Origin: an uncultured Candidatus Rokubacteria bacterium | GTDB taxonomy: Bacteria > Methylomirabilota > Methylomirabilia > Rokubacteriales > DASRDR01 | DNA: 64,000 bases | Direction: 5' to 3' | Assembly: GCA_963708025.1 (NCBI GenBank) | Contig: CAVPSB010000013.1 | Location: 480,001-544,000, forward strand | Shown here: positions 1 through 9,056 of the stretch, piece by piece | Layout of the letters: every line of letters starts with the position of its first letter | Numbering within the stretch: position 1 is the first letter of the stretch | Notes under the pieces: model-generated | What the model was told of the DNA's origin: nothing | Seen by the model: the letters and a program-made list of their open reading frames with translations, nothing else | The model's database searches: none | Made by a program: the position numbers and the translations under genes

Positions 1-2
1 AC

Positions 3-356
3 GCCCGGTTCTACGAGACCTGCTTCCCGATCCGACAGTTCGGGCCCCTCCGGCCATACCCGCGGATCAACGGCACCCGGGTCATCGGCCTCGTGGGCGA
101 CCTCGTCATGACCCGGGCCCTCATCCGGGTGGCGCGGTTCGGGGTGGCGCTGGGGGGGTGCCACGACTTCTTCTTCGCGCCGCGGCACTGCCGCCCGGTG
201 CTCGCCCGCCTCCGCCGCGACCTGGCGGGCTCCGCCCTGACTCCGGACCAGGTGGCCCACTTCTTCGCGGGACACAGGGCCGATGCCGCCACCTCCCTGG
301 CGCTGGCCACCGGGCTCACGGGCGCCGCCCACCGGCACCTTCAGCTGACGGCGTAG
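3..356 (+). CDS. Hypothetical protein, C-terminal part (5' end outside the window)
   Basis: Frame open from base 3 (ARFYETCFPIRQFG...) to TAG at 354-356; GC3-rich codon usage; converges on the ABC operon. Confidence 0.5.
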   Translation, partial: ARFYETCFPIRQFGPLRPYPRINGTRVIGLVGDLVMTRALIRVARFGVALGGCHDFFFAPRHCRPVLARLRRDLAGSALTPDQVAHFFAGHRADAATSLALATGLTGAAHRHLQLTA

Positions 357-360
357 GCCC

Positions 361-1275
361 TCAGCCCTGCTGGATCCGCATGCGGGGGTCCAGCGCGTCG
401 CGCAGGCCGTCGCCGAGCAGGTTCAGCCCCAGCACGGTGACGGCGATCGCGATGCCCGGGACGAGGGCGATCCACGGCGCCTCGCGCATGTAGCCACGGC
501 CTTCCGCGATGATGTTGCCCCAGGTCGGGGTCGGCGGCTGCGGCCCCATGCCGAGGAAGGAGAGGATCGCCTCGGTCAGCACGGCGTAGGCGAAGACGAA
601 GGTGAGCTGGACGATGAGCGGCGCCAGGCAGTTCGGGAGCACGTGCCGCAGGAGGACCCGGTCGTGGCGCGCGCCGGCCGCCCGGGCGGCCTGGACGTAC
701 TCCAGCTCGCGGACGACCAGCACCGAGGCGCGGACGATCCGCGCGGTCCGCGGTGTGTACACGGCGGTGAGCGCGATCATGGCGTTCCCCATCGAGGGGC
801 CCAGCGCCGACGCGATCCCGATCGCCAGCAGCACGGCGGGAAACGCCATCAGCGCATCCATCACGCGCATGAGCACGTCGTCGAGCCGGCGGTAGTAGCC
901 GGCCACGGCGCCGATGAGCGTGCCGGCCAGCCCGCTCAGCACCATCACACCGAAGCCGATCTCGAGGGACAGCCGCGCGCCGTAGACGACGCGGCTCAGC
1001 AGATTCCGCCCGAAGTTGTCGGTCCCGAACCAGAAGTCGGCGCCGGGGGGCGTGAAGCGCTCGCGGAAGACCATCCGGTCCGGCGGCGAGGGCGCGATCA
1101 CACCGGCCAGCAGCGCGACGACCACCACGAGCGCGAAGAGCAGCGCACCGATGACGAACGAGCGGTGTCCGCGGAGGCGCCGCACGGTCCGCGACCGCGC
1201 GAGACGCGCCAAAGCCGATCCGCGCCAGAGATGGGTCGCCGGGATCGGTCTAGCCAGCTGTCCGGGCAAAGGCAT
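361..1275 (-). CDS. Peptide/nickel ABC transporter permease (DppC/OppC-like)
   Basis: FGTDNFGRNLLSRVVYGARLSL, EAA-type loop EYVQAARAAGA, PTPTWGNII, LNLLGDGLRDALDP; start codon uncertain. Confidence 0.93.
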   Translation of the reverse strand: MPLPGQLARPIPATHLWRGSALARLARSRTVRRLRGHRSFVIGALLFALVVVVALLAGVIAPSPPDRMVFRERFTPPGADFWFGTDNFGRNLLSRVVYGARLSLEIGFGVMVLSGLAGTLIGAVAGYYRRLDDVLMRVMDALMAFPAVLLAIGIASALGPSMGNAMIALTAVYTPRTARIVRASVLVVRELEYVQAARAAGARHDRVLLRHVLPNCLAPLIVQLTFVFAYAVLTEAILSFLGMGPQPPTPTWGNIIAEGRGYMREAPWIALVPGIAIAVTVLGLNLLGDGLRDALDPRMRIQQG

Positions 1276-1321
1276 GACGGCTCCCGCGCCGTTGCCGGTC
1301 CGCCGAAGGTCGGTGGTCCAC

Positions 1322-1392
1322 TCCGAGCGCCGGCTTTGCCGGCGCAACCCTCCGGGAGGGTCTCGGGGGGGTCTTCCGAGACCCCCCCGATG
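1322..1392. repeat. Two-hairpin intergenic repeat, family A copy 1
   Basis: GCGCCGGC-TTT-GCCGGCGC followed by GGGGGGGTCT-TCCG-AGACCCCCCC; near-identical to 5948-6014. Confidence 0.85.
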
Positions 1393-1394
1393 AC

Positions 1395-2348
1395 TTACCG
1401 CTCGTGCTCATATCGGACCCGGGGGTCGAGGTAGCCGTAGAGCACGTCGACCAGGAGATTCAGGAGGACGAAGCCGGCCGCGGTCACCAGGAGCCCGCCC
1501 TGGATCACCGGGTAGTCGCGGCGCAGGACCGCCGAGCCCAGCAGGCGCCCGATCCCCGGGAGCGAATACACGGTCTCGATCACGACGGATCCGCTGAGGA
1601 GCAGGCTGGTGATGATGCCGACGATCGTGACGACCGGGATCATCACGTTCCGGAAGGCGTGCTTCCACACCACCGCGCTCCCCGGCAGCCCCTTGGTCCG
1701 CGCGGTGCGGATGTAGTCCTGGCCGAGCACCTCCAGCATCGTCGCCCGGGTGATCCGCGCCAGGAGGCCGATCTGGAGGAGGGCGAGCGAGACCGCCGGG
1801 AGCGTCGCGCTGCGCAGCCAGCCCACCACGCTCTCGGTCAGCGGGACATACCCCCCCGAGGGGAGCCAGTCGAGCTGGACGGCGAAGAGGACGATCAGCA
1901 TGAGCCCGAGCCAGAAGCTCGGGAACGAGACGCCCAGGAGGGCGATCGTCATGAGCGCCTGATCGAGCCAGGTGTTCGGGCGCAGCGAGGCGGCGACGCC
2001 GCTCAGGATCCCGATCGCCAGGGTGAGGACCAGCGCGTAGGCGGTGAGGGACAGGGTGACGGGGAGGCGCTCGACCAGCGCCCGGGAGACGCTCCGCCCG
2101 AGCAGGAGGGAATCGCCGAGATCACCCCGGGCGAGCCCCTGGTACCAGCGGGCGAGCTGGACGAGCCGGGGCTGGTCGAGCCCGAGCTGGGTCCGGACCC
2201 GGGCGACCTCCTGGGGGGTGGCGCCCAGGCCGGCGATGATCATCGCCGGATCGCCCGGCACGATCTGCATGATGCCGAAGGCGATGAGCGTGACGAGGAA
2301 CAGGACCGGGATCGCGCTCAGGACCCGGCGCGCGACGTAGCCCGCCAT
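1395..2348 (-). CDS. Peptide/nickel ABC transporter permease (DppB/OppB-like)
   Basis: PGDPA, LGLDQP, GDLGDS, DYIRTARTKGL, RRDYPVIQG, YGYLDPRVRY. Confidence 0.95.
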   Translation of the reverse strand: MAGYVARRVLSAIPVLFLVTLIAFGIMQIVPGDPAMIIAGLGATPQEVARVRTQLGLDQPRLVQLARWYQGLARGDLGDSLLLGRSVSRALVERLPVTLSLTAYALVLTLAIGILSGVAASLRPNTWLDQALMTIALLGVSFPSFWLGLMLIVLFAVQLDWLPSGGYVPLTESVVGWLRSATLPAVSLALLQIGLLARITRATMLEVLGQDYIRTARTKGLPGSAVVWKHAFRNVMIPVVTIVGIITSLLLSGSVVIETVYSLPGIGRLLGSAVLRRDYPVIQGGLLVTAAGFVLLNLLVDVLYGYLDPRVRYEHER

Positions 2349-2364
2349 CGGGGGCGCCCCGGCC

Positions 2365-2455
2365 CTATTCCCCTCGCCCCCACCGGGGGAGAGGAACAGG
2401 GTGAGGGGGCGCGCTCCCGTGCACCCTCACCCCAGCCCTGAAAAGGAGAGGGAGT
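2365..2455. repeat. Inverted pair of REP-like palindromes (CCCTCACCC..CCTCTCCCC/GGAGAGGG type)
   Basis: Minus strand CCCCTCACCCTGTTCCTCTCCCCCGGTGGGGGCGAGGGG and plus strand CCCTCACCCCAGCCCTGAAAAGGAGAGGG, between the SBP and permease genes. Confidence 0.55.
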
Positions 2456-2459
2456 GGAA

Positions 2460-4032
2460 CTACTCCTCGAACCAGACGCCCCACAGGCGCGGGATCCGGT
2501 ACGGCTTGAAGCCCTTGACCTGGGACCGCGTCGCCTGGACCTTGGTCAGGTCGCCGAACTTGATGGCGTGGACCTGCTCGTAGAGCCGGGCCTGGGCGCG
2601 GGCGAAGGCCGCCTTGCGCTCCTCCAGGGTCGGCTTGCTCAGCATGTCCTCGTACGCCTGGACGAACACCGGGTCCCCCGGGGTGTACTGGAGCGCCGTC
2701 GGCGGGATCAGGTCGAGGATGGCGCCGGACGCGCCGACGGCTGGCCCGGTGCCGAAGCCGGTGAAGTAGATGTTCCACGGGTAGGTCTTGTCCTGCTGCT
2801 TCTTCCGCTGGGTCGGCCAGTCCGAGACCTCGATCTTCACGGTCATGCCGATCGCCTTCAGCTGCTCGCCCATCACCAGGGCCGCGTTGTACATGTTCTG
2901 GTAGTCGGTGTTGGTGATGAGGACCAGCTCCTCGCCCTTGTACCCGCCCTCCCGGAGGAGTCGCTTGGCCTGCTCCTTGTCGTTGACGTTGTAGCGCTCC
3001 TTGCCGGCGTCGGTGTAGTACGGGTTCCCGGGGTACTGGTACCCGGCCTGGAGCTTGTACGCCCCGTCGCTCGCCGCCTCCATGATCTCTTCCATGTTGA
3101 GGCCGACCTGGATCGCCCGCCGGACCAGGAGGTTGTCCGTCGGGGGCCGGGAGTGGTTGGGGATGGCGATGTGGATCCAGAACCGCTCGAGCGGGTAGAA
3201 CGTGATGCTCTTGTTGCCCTGGAGCCGCTGGGCCGCCTTGGTCGGCACGTCCTCGACGGCCTGGAACTCGCCCTTCTCGAGGCCGGCCACGCGGGCCCCG
3301 CCCTCCGTCACGATCCGGAAGGTGACGGTGTTGAACCAGGCGAGCTTCCGCCCGCCGAACCCCGTCCGGTCCGGGTAGGCCTCGTTGACCTTGTACCGGT
3401 CGAAGCGCTTCAGCTTGACGTGGGAGTCGGGCACCCACTCGACGAACTGGAAGGGGCCGGTCCCGATGTAGGGCTCCGTCTTCCCGGCCGGCCTTGGCGG
3501 TCTCCTCCGCGGGCATGATGACGATCGGGACGCGGAAGGACGACAGCTCCTCGATGAACGTCGGGACCGCCTTCTTGAGCTTGAGCTGGAAGGTGTACTT
3601 GTCGGGCGCCGTCATCGAGGCGACCAGCTCCAGCATCTTCCGGTCGACGCCGACCTTCTGGTAGCGCTCGAACGAGGCCAGCACGTCGGCCGAGGTCATC
3701 TCCTTGCCGTTGTGGAACAGCACGCCCTTGCGCAGGGGGAAGGTGTAGGTCAGGTTGTCCGGGCTCGTGGTCCAGCGCTCGGCCAGCTCGGCGATCGGCG
3801 CGTTCGACTCGTCCCGCGTCAGCAGGCACTCGTACATGTGCATGGCCACGTTGCGGGTCGCGATCGCCGACGAGAAGTGCATGTCGAGGTTGGGGACCTG
3901 CGCCTCCTGGGCGAAGACCATGTCCCCGCCGCGCTTCGGCGCCGCCTCCCCCGGGCCGGCGAAGCCCAAGGCCATGACGGCCACACCCACCAGGCCGAGC
4001 GATCCGATCCGCACGAGTCGCGCGATGTTCAT
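2460..4032 (-). CDS. Peptide ABC transporter substrate-binding protein (family 5), frameshifted near 3485
   Basis: Signal peptide, RGGDMVFA, LAERWTTSPDNLTYTFPLRKGVLFHNG in one frame; PYIGTGPFQFVEWVPDSHVKL...RLWGVWFEE in another. Confidence 0.92.
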
Positions 4033-4100
4033 CGTGTGTCCTCCTCAGGCGTTTTCAACGGCCGGTCCAGCCTACTCCCGACCGCCCCGACGCCGCAAGC

Positions 4101-4131
4101 GGCCGTCACACCAGCTGGCCGTCACACCAGC
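4101..4131. repeat. Tandem 15-bp direct repeat GGCCGTCACACCAGC
   Basis: Exact copies at 4101-4115 and 4117-4131, upstream of the SBP gene. Confidence 0.7.
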
Positions 4132-4191
4132 CAGCCGCTCAGGTCACCCAGCTTCGATCGGTCAGCCGGTTGGATCGGGCGGCTCACCCGC

Positions 4192-4731
4192 TCACGATCC
4201 GGGAGCCTGGAGCGGGCGCTGGTAGGAGAGGTCGCCGCGGTCCCAGCGGCCGAGCGGGAAGCCGCGATCGTCCTTCTGCTCGCCGGGTCGGGCCTTGAAC
4301 AGGCTGGCATCGGCGTCGAATCTCCAGTCCCGCACCACCCGCCGGAGCGCGATCCGCCACTCGCCGTTGCGGCGCTCGAAGCGGTCGATGTATCGCCCGC
4401 CGAGCACCATCACCGACTTGCCGTCCGGCTTCAGCAGCACGGTCAGCACGTAGCTTTCCGTGTGGGCGACGTCCCCGTCGATCTCGGCGAAATGGCAGGT
4501 GATGTTGTGGTTGTGACTCAGCGCCTCGGTGGTCGAATCGCGTGCGAACTCGAGAAACTCAGGCAGCCCCCCGAGGAAGTCCCCGTGCTGGTCGATGGCG
4601 TCCGTGTGGAAGGCGCTGGCGAGTAGCTCCGGGTCGTGCCGGTCGAGGCCACGACAATAGCGATATACGCAATCGAGAATGGCCTGCCGGTCGAGTAGCC
4701 GCTGGACGTCCGGGCTATGGGTGTCGGTCAT
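4192..4731 (-). CDS. SnoaL-like / NTF2 family protein
   Basis: LLDRQAILDCVYRYCRGLDRHD, HNITCH, GGRYIDRFERRNGEWRIALR; GAGGGAGG RBS. Confidence 0.88.
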   Translation of the reverse strand: MTDTHSPDVQRLLDRQAILDCVYRYCRGLDRHDPELLASAFHTDAIDQHGDFLGGLPEFLEFARDSTTEALSHNHNITCHFAEIDGDVAHTESYVLTVLLKPDGKSVMVLGGRYIDRFERRNGEWRIALRRVVRDWRFDADASLFKARPGEQKDDRGFPLGRWDRGDLSYQRPLQAPGS

Positions 4732-4769
4732 GGTTGCGCCTCCCTCAGCGCGAGCGGACAGTTTCAGGA

Positions 4770-5618
4770 TCAGCCCTTGAGGGCGCCGCCGGTCAGGCCC
4801 TCCACGAAATGCCGCTGCATGGCGACGTAAACTGCCACGATCGGGGCGATGGCGAGCGCCAGCGTGGCGAACATCCGCGGGAAGTCGGCCTGGAACTCAT
4901 CGATGATGAACACCTGCAGGCCGAGCGGCAGGGTTCTCAGCCGCGGATCCTGGATGAAGACCAGCGCGAGGAAAAACTCGTTCCAGGCCAGCACAAAGGT
5001 GAAGATGGCGACGACCGCCAGCACCGGTCGCGACAGCGGCAGCACGATACGGACGAACGCCTCGTAACGACGGCAGCCATCCACTCGCGCGGCATCCATC
5101 AACTCCTGGGGAAGGGCGTCGAAGGCGCTCCGCAGGAGCAGGATGGCGAGAGGCAGGCTGCTGGCGCAATACGGGAGGATCAGGCCGAGATAATTGTTGA
5201 CGAGACCGAGACGGATGACGATGACGTAGAGGGGCAAGACGTAGACCTGGATGGGAATGCTGATCATCGCCACGATGCTCAGGTACAGGACGCTGCCCCC
5301 GCGAAAGCGGAAGGCGCTGAAGCCATAGGCGGCAGCGCTGGCGAGCGCCAGCGTGAGTAGCACCGTTGCCGCGGAGACCAGGGCGCTGTTCAGCATCAGC
5401 CGGCCGAGGCGCGCGGCCCCCCAGGCCGAAAGGTAGTTGGCGAGGAGCAGCCGCTTGGGAAACCCCAGCGGATCGATGGCGAACTCTCCCTGGGTCTTCA
5501 GCGAGTCGGTGACCAGGACCCAGAACGGGTAGAGCACGGCCAGCGAGGCGACTCCGAGCCCAGCGTAGCAGAGGAGAAGCGCGCCCCTCGGCAGCCGGCC
5601 GAACGGCGGCGCACTCAT
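4770..5618 (-). CDS. Carbohydrate ABC transporter permease (MalG-like)
   Basis: ELMDAARVDGC, IVLPLSRP, AWNEFFLAL, QRHFVEGLTGGALKG. Confidence 0.92.
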   Translation of the reverse strand: MSAPPFGRLPRGALLLCYAGLGVASLAVLYPFWVLVTDSLKTQGEFAIDPLGFPKRLLLANYLSAWGAARLGRLMLNSALVSAATVLLTLALASAAAYGFSAFRFRGGSVLYLSIVAMISIPIQVYVLPLYVIVIRLGLVNNYLGLILPYCASSLPLAILLLRSAFDALPQELMDAARVDGCRRYEAFVRIVLPLSRPVLAVVAIFTFVLAWNEFFLALVFIQDPRLRTLPLGLQVFIIDEFQADFPRMFATLALAIAPIVAVYVAMQRHFVEGLTGGALKG

Positions 5619-5746
5619 GCGGCGGCCCCCCGGTGGCGCGACCAGCCCATGATCGCTGCCGCGATCACGGTGACGATGGCGAGCATCACCACCGACTGGG
5701 CGGCGGCGTAGCCGAGCCGATTGTAGAAGAAGGCCTGTTGGTACGA
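5615..5746 (-). pseudogene. C-terminal remnant of a carbohydrate ABC permease (MalF-like)
   Basis: YQQAFFYNRLGYAAAQSVVMLAIVTVI is the typical last helix of MalF-type permeases; its TGA overlaps the next ATG; no permease-like sequence upstream. Confidence 0.75.
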
Positions 5747-5947
5747 TCCCGTGAAAGCGCGTCGCGAAGCAAGGCGGGGCCGGCCGGCACCGTCGAGATC
5801 CGGGCTCGGCCCGTGGCGCATGATACATGCGATCCGAGGAAGTTGTCCACGCGCCGACACCCACGGTAACCGTGATCGCTAAATCGGGCTGGCCGCATGC
5901 GCTAGAAGCGGGTACGCGATCCGGCGCGTGTCAAGCGTCGGCCAGCG

Positions 5948-6014
5948 TCCGAGCGGCGGCTTTGCCGCCGCAATCGAAGGAGGCCTCCGGGGGGGGTCTT
6001 CCGAGACCCCCCGA
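5948..6014. repeat. Two-hairpin intergenic repeat, family A copy 2
   Basis: GCGGCGGC-TTT-GCCGCCGC followed by GGGGGGGTCT-TCCG-AGACCCCCC. Confidence 0.85.
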
Positions 6015-6019
6015 AGGAC

Positions 6020-8467
6020 CTAGAAGGTCTTCAGGAACTCGATCAGCGCCCGCTTGTCGTCGTCGCCGAGGCCCGGCTCCTCCTTGAAGGCGTCGGTGCC
6101 GAAGTAGTGGCCGCGGTTGACGACGAAATCGGGGCACTTGTTGAGCTCGAGGAGCGGGTCGACCAGGCCGGCCAGGATCTTCCGGGCCTCCTCGTCGCTC
6201 GCGTCCCTGGGCAGCGCCTTCAGGGCGTGCTTGACCTTGAGCAGGAGATCGACGACCTTCTTCTTCTGCGCGATCCGTTCGGTGGGGCTCGTGCTTTCCG
6301 ACAGCAGGTTGACGTTGGCCAGGAGGTTGACCGGCGTGCCGGCCGGGATGGGGCCGATCACGAGACCTTCCTTCTGGAACAGCCACGGCGCGATGCGGGT
6401 CAGCGGGCCCAGCAGCTGCCGCAGGTCGTCGCGCAGGTAGCCGGTCGGCACCCGCAGGAAGCTCCGGCTCGTCGTCCGGTCGATGACGCCCGGCACCTTG
6501 TCGCCGAGCACCGTGTCCTTCTCCCGCCGCTCGGGCCACAGGAGCTGCTCGATCGAGTCCTGGAACGAGCGCATCCGCGCCTCGACCGACGGCCTCGGAT
6601 CGAACCGTCCGAGGGCGTTGTTCAGGAAGAACGGCGCCGTGGACCACACGCTGATCAGCGAGGCCGGACGCGTGTAGCCCCGGCCGCCGGCCGGCATGAC
6701 GTACGGCCGCGGCTCGCCCGTGCCGGGGTGGTGGACGGTGATCGTCCCCACCGACGGGAGGTCCTTGTAGGACCGGGAGGAGAAATTGTCCCAGATGTCG
6801 CCGCCGATCGCGTTGGTCGCCAGCGGGCTGCAGGCGTTGGTCTCCAAGAGCGTCACCGGCACGCGGAGGTCCGTGGACAGGAAGTTCCCTTCCAGGAAGT
6901 CGTCGGCCAGGACGATCTCCCGCATCCTCGCCTTGAACTCGTCGGTCTTCGTCCAGCTCCAGTAGCGGCTCCAGCACTCGAGGTAACCGGCGCCCCCGCA
7001 GCCGCCCGGGTCGATGCCGACCGCCGGCGCCGGGGCCTTGCTCGAGTGGCAGCGAGCGCAGCGCTCGGCGAAGACTTCCTTGCCGCGGGTGAGCCGGGCC
7101 GCGTCCGCCGTCAGGTACGCCTGCCCGCCCGGCGCGTCCTTCAGCTTGTGCGGCGACGTGCTCTTCAGGAAGAAGAGGGCCATGCCGGGCGTCTGGGCCT
7201 CGGTGGCCTCCCAGTAGCTCGAGTTCTTCCGCGCGATCGCGATCTCGATCGGCGTGGTGGGCTTGCCGCCGATCAGGGCGTTGAAGTGCAGCAGCCACTC
7301 CTCGCTGAAGAGCCCGATGTTGAGGTAGACCCGGTTGAGGGCCCCCAGGGCGCCCACCGAGTCGGCGCCGTCCTTGAGCACGCGAGGCGTCAACACGCTG
7401 GCCGGGGGCTGGAAGAACTGGGTGAGCGGACCCGAGGCGACGTAGTCGTTGAACTGCTTGTTGTTCAGGCTGCCGCCCCCCAGGGTCTCCTGGCCCCAGC
7501 GCTGGGCCAGCGCCAGCCGCGGGCCCAGGCTGTACACGGCGTTCATGGTGCGGGGGTTGTTGATGTTGTCGGTGGAGACCAGGGACGTGTCGAGGGCGCC
7601 CGGCCGCGACGTGTGGAAGAGCTGGAACACGAAGCTCGTCTCGTCGGCCTCCCAGGCGAAGATGCGGTCGATCCAGAAGTACTGGGCGCCGACGTTCGAG
7701 CTGAGGTTCTCCCACGCCGGCCGCTCGGGGTCGGCGGGGGGCTTGATCGGGTTCGGCCCCACGTGGCAGAAGCCGCAGGACATGCCGACCCGGTACGGCT
7801 TCACCAGGTCCTTGTCGAGGTAGTAGTCCTTGTCCTCGTAGTACTTCTTCGCGTCCCACTTGCGGGCCGCCTCGGCGTCGAACGCCGGGTTCGGGAAGAG
7901 CCGCAGGCCGACGATCCCGGTGGCGTAGCCGTAGTAGGAGCCGAGCGGGACCGTCTTGCCCCGGGCGCCGACGGCGACGCCGGGATACTTCTGCTCGTTC
8001 TCGAAGGGATCCGGAGGGCAGTCGGCGCGGCGCCGATCGAGCCACAGGCCGAACCGCTGGGGGTCGGGGCCGGTGGCCTTCTCGAAGCACGGCTCGTTGA
8101 CCAGGCCGAGGTAGTACCACCGGCTGTCCCGGCTGTACTTGAGGCTCGGGTGGGAGGAGAGCGTCTTCAGGAAGTCGAGGGCGCCGAAGCTGGACTCCGA
8201 GATCCGGTCCCAGAAGCGGTCGTTCCCCCCGGTCCAGACGATCCAGGTGTTGCGACCCTTGACCTCCTCGCCGGCGAGGGTCACGCCGCCGTCCATGTCG
8301 CGGAAGTAGTCCTCGTCCGCCGCCGGGAACGACGCGGGGACCCGGCCGACGCGGCGGGCCTCGTCGAGGACCTCGCCCGGGCGGCCCTGGTCGGTGCCGC
8401 AGCTCACCAGGGCCATCGCACAGAGCGACATCACGGTGATGATCCGGCGCGAGCCGTTCCACGTCAT
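6020..8467 (-). CDS. Large di-haem c-type cytochrome lipoprotein (distantly RoxA/bCcP-MauG-like), function unknown
   Basis: 815 aa; lipobox-like LVSC; CGFCH (7763-7777) and CARCH (7046-7060); SLISVWSTAPFFLNN resembles the W.TAPY.HNG motif. Confidence 0.8.
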   Translation of the reverse strand: MTWNGSRRIITVMSLCAMALVSCGTDQGRPGEVLDEARRVGRVPASFPAADEDYFRDMDGGVTLAGEEVKGRNTWIVWTGGNDRFWDRISESSFGALDFLKTLSSHPSLKYSRDSRWYYLGLVNEPCFEKATGPDPQRFGLWLDRRRADCPPDPFENEQKYPGVAVGARGKTVPLGSYYGYATGIVGLRLFPNPAFDAEAARKWDAKKYYEDKDYYLDKDLVKPYRVGMSCGFCHVGPNPIKPPADPERPAWENLSSNVGAQYFWIDRIFAWEADETSFVFQLFHTSRPGALDTSLVSTDNINNPRTMNAVYSLGPRLALAQRWGQETLGGGSLNNKQFNDYVASGPLTQFFQPPASVLTPRVLKDGADSVGALGALNRVYLNIGLFSEEWLLHFNALIGGKPTTPIEIAIARKNSSYWEATEAQTPGMALFFLKSTSPHKLKDAPGGQAYLTADAARLTRGKEVFAERCARCHSSKAPAPAVGIDPGGCGGAGYLECWSRYWSWTKTDEFKARMREIVLADDFLEGNFLSTDLRVPVTLLETNACSPLATNAIGGDIWDNFSSRSYKDLPSVGTITVHHPGTGEPRPYVMPAGGRGYTRPASLISVWSTAPFFLNNALGRFDPRPSVEARMRSFQDSIEQLLWPERREKDTVLGDKVPGVIDRTTSRSFLRVPTGYLRDDLRQLLGPLTRIAPWLFQKEGLVIGPIPAGTPVNLLANVNLLSESTSPTERIAQKKKVVDLLLKVKHALKALPRDASDEEARKILAGLVDPLLELNKCPDFVVNRGHYFGTDAFKEEPGLGDDDKRALIEFLKTF

Positions 8468-8613
8468 CGCTGATTCCCCTCCTGCCGCTCGCTGGAATCC
8501 GTGACGAGCGGGGTCGCGCCAGAATGTGTCTCCCTCGTGCCGCGAGTCAAGTGTGTAACGCGGTCGGACCGCGGTGTATCCAAACGGATACGGCGAGGTG
8601 TCTCAGCCGAGAA

Positions 8614-8651
8614 CATCGGGGGGTCTCGGAAGACACCCGAGATCCCCGATG
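8614..8651. repeat. Family A hairpin, partial copy in opposite orientation
   Basis: CATCGGGGGGTCTCGGAAGACACCCGAG closely matches the reverse complement of 1362-1392; ends in CCCCGATG. Confidence 0.7.
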
Positions 8652-9056
8652 CTCTTAGCTAATTAGCAGTCCCGTCGCCCTCCTCTGGGGTACCCTGCAT
8701 CCAGTTCGTGTCCCACCCAGTAAGCTGATCCGCTCGTCGCGCCGGCCCTGGCTCCTGGTCTACGTAGGGCGCGGGGGAGGCGCGGGGCCCGGTCCACACG
8801 ACCATTCCCCTGCCCACGCCCCCTTGCGGCGTCCGCTCACGGTGGGCTACGCTCCGGTAACTCGGAGACGGCCCCCGGGGAAGGCGTCTGGGACTCGGGT
8901 GCGTCAGGCACGGCCCATGGAAGAGGAGCCGCCGGCGATGAACGAGGCGCTTTGGATCTCCTGCACTTCGCGGTCCCGGGGGCGCTGTGTGGCGATGCTT
9001 GTCAGTGTCGGTGTGAAGACCGATGCTCAAGACCGCAGCGGCGGGAGGAGGCAGAC

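Noticed and set aside
1322-8651. Palindromic repeats as a CRISPR array
   Set aside because: Copies are kilobases apart, there are no spacers and no cas genes.
8659-9030. 123-aa minus-strand ORF between the cytochrome and redoxin genes
   Set aside because: No recognisable motif, weak codon bias, lies in a divergent promoter region.
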